This document shows positions 61,007 to 64,000 of a stretch of DNA of 64,000 bases, piece after piece (the first letter of the stretch is position 1; each line of letters begins with the position of its first letter). The stretch comes from an uncultured candidate division Zixibacteria bacterium (lineage in GTDB: Bacteria > Zixibacteria > MSB-5A5 > GN15 > FEB-12): NCBI GenBank assembly GCA_963664195.1, contig OY760907.1, forward strand, positions 3,104,001 through 3,168,000, in the 5' to 3' direction. Made by a program: the position numbers and the translations under genes. The notes below the pieces were generated by a model. It had not been told where the DNA came from and did no database searches. It saw nothing but the letters and a program-made list of their open reading frames with translations.

Positions 61007-61161
61007 TGAGCACCTCCAACGATGGATTGCTTGTTACGCGTTAACGAAGGTCTGCCAGGCGCCTCTACTCTTGTGTGTATCCAAGTTCCGCAATGCGGAA
61101 CGAATTGCCTCCGGTGTCCAGTCCGCAGGACTTTTTTGTCCGCTCGACTCTGTCTCGGGTC

Positions 61162-62433
61162 CTATTCGCACTCCTGCAACGGTGTGAGGGAGATGAACAG
61201 GTGATCTATCAGCATCGTCAGGTCAGCCATGGTGACTTCAGGGGCACTATCGAGATGAGCTTCCTCGGGACAGGCAAGGGGAGCCAGGGAAATGAAGAGG
61301 TTGTCTATTAAGACGGTCAGGTCCGACATACTAACCATGTCTTCGGAATCCCCGTCGATGTTACCGACCGTGCCGGTGCAGCAGTTATTGCAGCCCGGTC
61401 CGTATGTGCCCATCTGTCCGCAGGCGTTGTTTTCCTCCAAACATGGCGAGCCAACGGTCAGGCCGTAGTCGCCTCCAGCCGTGTCGCAAAGGAGAGGGTC
61501 GGCAGAGATATTATCATTTTCGCCGAGTTGCGAGGCCAGATATTCGGACCAATCGCCGCCTTCGTTGCCGTACATATTGCTGCAACCAAAGTAGACGTGG
61601 GACGGGGATTCCACTATTTGGATCGGCATACCGCCAGAGTTGAAAGCCACGTTACAAAACTCCAGAGTGGTAGTGCCGGACCAGGTTGCAATTGCCGCGC
61701 CCGTTTCAGAATGGTTGCGCAAAAACGTGCTTCCGACAATAACGGTGTTTCCGGCAACTGCCAGAGCTCCACCTGTCGGACCAGAGTTATTTACGAAAGA
61801 GCAGTCGAATATCTCCAGCAGTACACCGTAGTCGAGCACGCCGATAGCTCCGCCGGCACTTGCGGATACGTTGTTTTCAAAGGTGCATCGTTCAACCGTT
61901 ACGTTGGACCCGCCCGCGCAAACTGCCCCGCCACAGTATCCCTGATTGTTCCGGAACACACAATCTGATATCTGCGCCGTGCCGCCATCAATGGTTACGC
62001 CGTTGCCTCCGTCCGGAAGCCCCTTCCCGAATATGCAGTTGCTTACGGAGATGTGTGCGTCGCTCCAGGATACTTTGGCTGTAATGCTTTCCGTGAAGGT
62101 GATCCCTTCGAGGATTACGCTGTCACCGTCTCCCGATAGAATGTAGTCTAACTGACCCTGGCCGTTTATAGTCACACAGTTCGGCTCTCCAGACTCACTG
62201 CGCAGACAGACATGCGATGTATTCAGCACAATCCCTTCTTCCTGGTATGTCCCGCAAGAAATCAGCACGGTGTCGCCGGATGAGGCCACATCGATCCCGG
62301 CCCGAATAGTCGGGGCGTCACTCGGAACGTGGATGGTCGCTGCTGAGGCGAATCCAGAAGTCAATACAACAAGCGCGCACAACGGTAATAGCACACGCCA
62401 GATACGAGTGTTGATTACAGATACAACTGCCAT
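61162..62433 (-). CDS. Secreted right-handed beta-helix protein with C-terminal dockerin-like domain
   Basis: ATIHVPSDAPTI..GDTV and repeated F..N...GGA motifs; tail CCTGTVGNIDGD...SDLTVLIDNLF...ADLTMLIDHLF. Confidence 0.8.
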   Translation of the reverse strand: MAVVSVINTRIWRVLLPLCALVVLTSGFASAATIHVPSDAPTIRAGIDVASSGDTVLISCGTYQEEGIVLNTSHVCLRSESGEPNCVTINGQGQLDYILSGDGDSVILEGITFTESITAKVSWSDAHISVSNCIFGKGLPDGGNGVTIDGGTAQISDCVFRNNQGYCGGAVCAGGSNVTVERCTFENNVSASAGGAIGVLDYGVLLEIFDCSFVNNSGPTGGALAVAGNTVIVGSTFLRNHSETGAAIATWSGTTTLEFCNVAFNSGGMPIQIVESPSHVYFGCSNMYGNEGGDWSEYLASQLGENDNISADPLLCDTAGGDYGLTVGSPCLEENNACGQMGTYGPGCNNCCTGTVGNIDGDSEDMVSMSDLTVLIDNLFISLAPLACPEEAHLDSAPEVTMADLTMLIDHLFISLTPLQECE

Positions 62434-62612
62434 TGCATGAATCTCCCATAAGGATGCGATAGTGAGCACAGTCCTGTTTAATTGTGCTTGCCTGTAACAG
62501 ATAGACCAGCGATTCGGATGCTCTCTCCCGGTATCTCAAATATAACGGATTGCGATTTCGACGCAAGCAGTATGTAGATATCACGCGCCATGATGTATTG
62601 CGAGGGCGACGT

Positions 62613-64000
62613 CTATGCTTTCCGGCGATGCTCAAGCAGAATCTGATTCTTTTCCGAGCGTGACTCGCCTACTGCCGTTATATAGATCGCCTTCTGGTCC
62701 GCGACCGGACAGGCGAATTCGCACGCGCCGCAGCCGGTGCAGATAGCAGGATCGATATACGGACGTTTCACTCGCACCTCATCACCTTCGTGATTGGTGA
62801 CAATCTCCTCTTTCAGGTAGATAGCCTTGGGAGATGTCGGACACCATTCCTCACAAACGATACAAGGTGTAGCCATGGCCCACGGTAGACAGCGCCCTCG
62901 ATCAAGGAAAGCGGTGCCGATCCGATTCGGCTGTGTCTCGTTGTCGCCGACCTTCTGTTTGAGCGTCAGTTCTTGAATTGCGCCGGTGGGGCAGACCTGA
63001 CCGCAGAGCGTGCAGGTTGGCTCGCAGTAGCCGATTCTGGCAATCATCACCGGAGTCCACATCGCTTCGAGGCCTGACTGCAGAAGCGTAGGGTGGAGGG
63101 CATTGTTCGGGCAGACGCGCATGCATTGTCCGCAGCGGATACATCGTGCCAGGAAGTCATGTTCGTCGACCGAGCCTGGAGGACGAATAGTCAAGGGACT
63201 GGCATTGACTGCGAAAGCATCGCCGGAACGGAAGCCGGCAAAGATAGCCAGGCCAGCTGCCACTGATCCGATGACTTTCCTTCGGGAGATGTCAACTTTC
63301 GGTGTTGCAGCCGGGTTTTCGACCGTGTTTTCCTGTTCGGGGAAGAACTTGAAACTCAGCGCTCCCTGTGGACATGACGCCTGACAGTTCAGGCACAGAT
63401 GACACTCCGCCTTGCGCCAACGTGTGCCTACGTCGGGATTGTCCGCACCCTGACAGGATACCAGGCAGAGGTTGCAGTGATCGCACGCTGACGCCTTCTT
63501 TTCCAGTCCGAGAATCGCAAAACGTGAGAAATAACCGAGCAGTGCGCCGAGTGGACATATCCCTCGACACCAGAACCGGGTGAATAGTCTGTTCATGACA
63601 ATGACGATGAAGAAGAAAACGCCAAGGCTGATGATTGTATGAAAGTGCGCCTGCCTGAACGGAAGCAGAGCGGCAGCAAACAGGTCGTACAGGAATCGCG
63701 TGACCGACATCACGGGCGGAATACCGGTTCCCATTAGAGTATCGCGAGCACCTATCGACAACGTGTGCAATATCGGTAAGAGAACCGTCCCGATCGATCT
63801 TGCCAGCAGCGGCAGCGGATCAAGCAGTCCCATCTGAAGGCTCCCGCCTATCGATGTCCCTATTAGGGTGAACAGGATGTAGTATTTGAGACGTTGGTAC
63901 TTCTTGTATCGATTAGACTCGATCCTCCGGGCGCCCTTGCGTGCCCTGCGTTCTGAGCCTATCTCAGAAATCCAATGATTGAGCGTTCCGAACGGGCAGA
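62613..64000 (-). CDS. Membrane-bound polyferredoxin (NapH/MauN plus MauM/NapG-like 4Fe-4S domains), partial at 5' end
   Basis: RFWCRGICPLG, multiple CxxCxxCxxxCP motifs and IRPPG. The frame stays open to the window end (CPFGTLNH). Confidence 0.88.
   Translation of the reverse strand, partial: CPFGTLNHWISEIGSERRARKGARRIESNRYKKYQRLKYYILFTLIGTSIGGSLQMGLLDPLPLLARSIGTVLLPILHTLSIGARDTLMGTGIPPVMSVTRFLYDLFAAALLPFRQAHFHTIISLGVFFFIVIVMNRLFTRFWCRGICPLGALLGYFSRFAILGLEKKASACDHCNLCLVSCQGADNPDVGTRWRKAECHLCLNCQASCPQGALSFKFFPEQENTVENPAATPKVDISRRKVIGSVAAGLAIFAGFRSGDAFAVNASPLTIRPPGSVDEHDFLARCIRCGQCMRVCPNNALHPTLLQSGLEAMWTPVMIARIGYCEPTCTLCGQVCPTGAIQELTLKQKVGDNETQPNRIGTAFLDRGRCLPWAMATPCIVCEEWCPTSPKAIYLKEEIVTNHEGDEVRVKRPYIDPAICTGCGACEFACPVADQKAIYITAVGESRSEKNQILLEHRRKA

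Noticed and set aside
62567..62577. GCAGTATGTAG, matching the right half of the imuA palindrome
   Set aside because: There is no left half-site, and it lies upstream of a non-repair gene, so it is likely chance.
1..64000. CRISPR array, rRNA, integrase or transposase
   Set aside because: No regularly spaced repeats, rRNA-like sequence or recombinase/transposase motifs were seen by eye.

Overview
Bacterial chromosomal segment using the standard genetic code 11. It is most likely from an FCB-group organism such as candidate phylum Zixibacteria, inferred from 'QNYPNPFNP' Por/FlgD-type C-terminal tails and a C-terminal 'CC..GN.DG...SDLT.LID.LF' dockerin-like module. Left to right: (1) three tandem secreted proteins (beta-helix, beta-propeller, S8 protease; 1-7355, minus strand); (2) yebC, then a 5.5-kb interruption (REP-like hairpins, HAD hydrolase, unusual SLC13 permease, decayed GT4 pseudogene), then ruvCAB, queA, ispD/ispF, dedA, ddl, HAD, M42 peptidase, cysS and tRNA-Thr(TGT); (3) a ~23-kb Wzx/Wzy surface-polysaccharide locus (rmlBADC with a frameshifted rmlB; pseBCFGH-maoC-pseI pseudaminic acid pathway; transferases; wzx, wzy, wzz) lying between tRNA-Thr and tRNA-Tyr; (4) a MATE transporter and small hypothetical genes; (5) a two-gene unit (73-aa ORF plus a zinc-hook ABC ATPase with an RloC/HEPN-like C-terminus) convergent on an imuA-imuB-dnaE2 mutagenesis cassette, whose promoter carries a perfect CTG-N10-CAG palindrome; (6) a probable outer-membrane gene split by one in-frame TGA, a beta-helix/dockerin-like protein and a partial polyferredoxin membrane protein. 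No CRISPR array, rRNA, integrase or transposase was seen.
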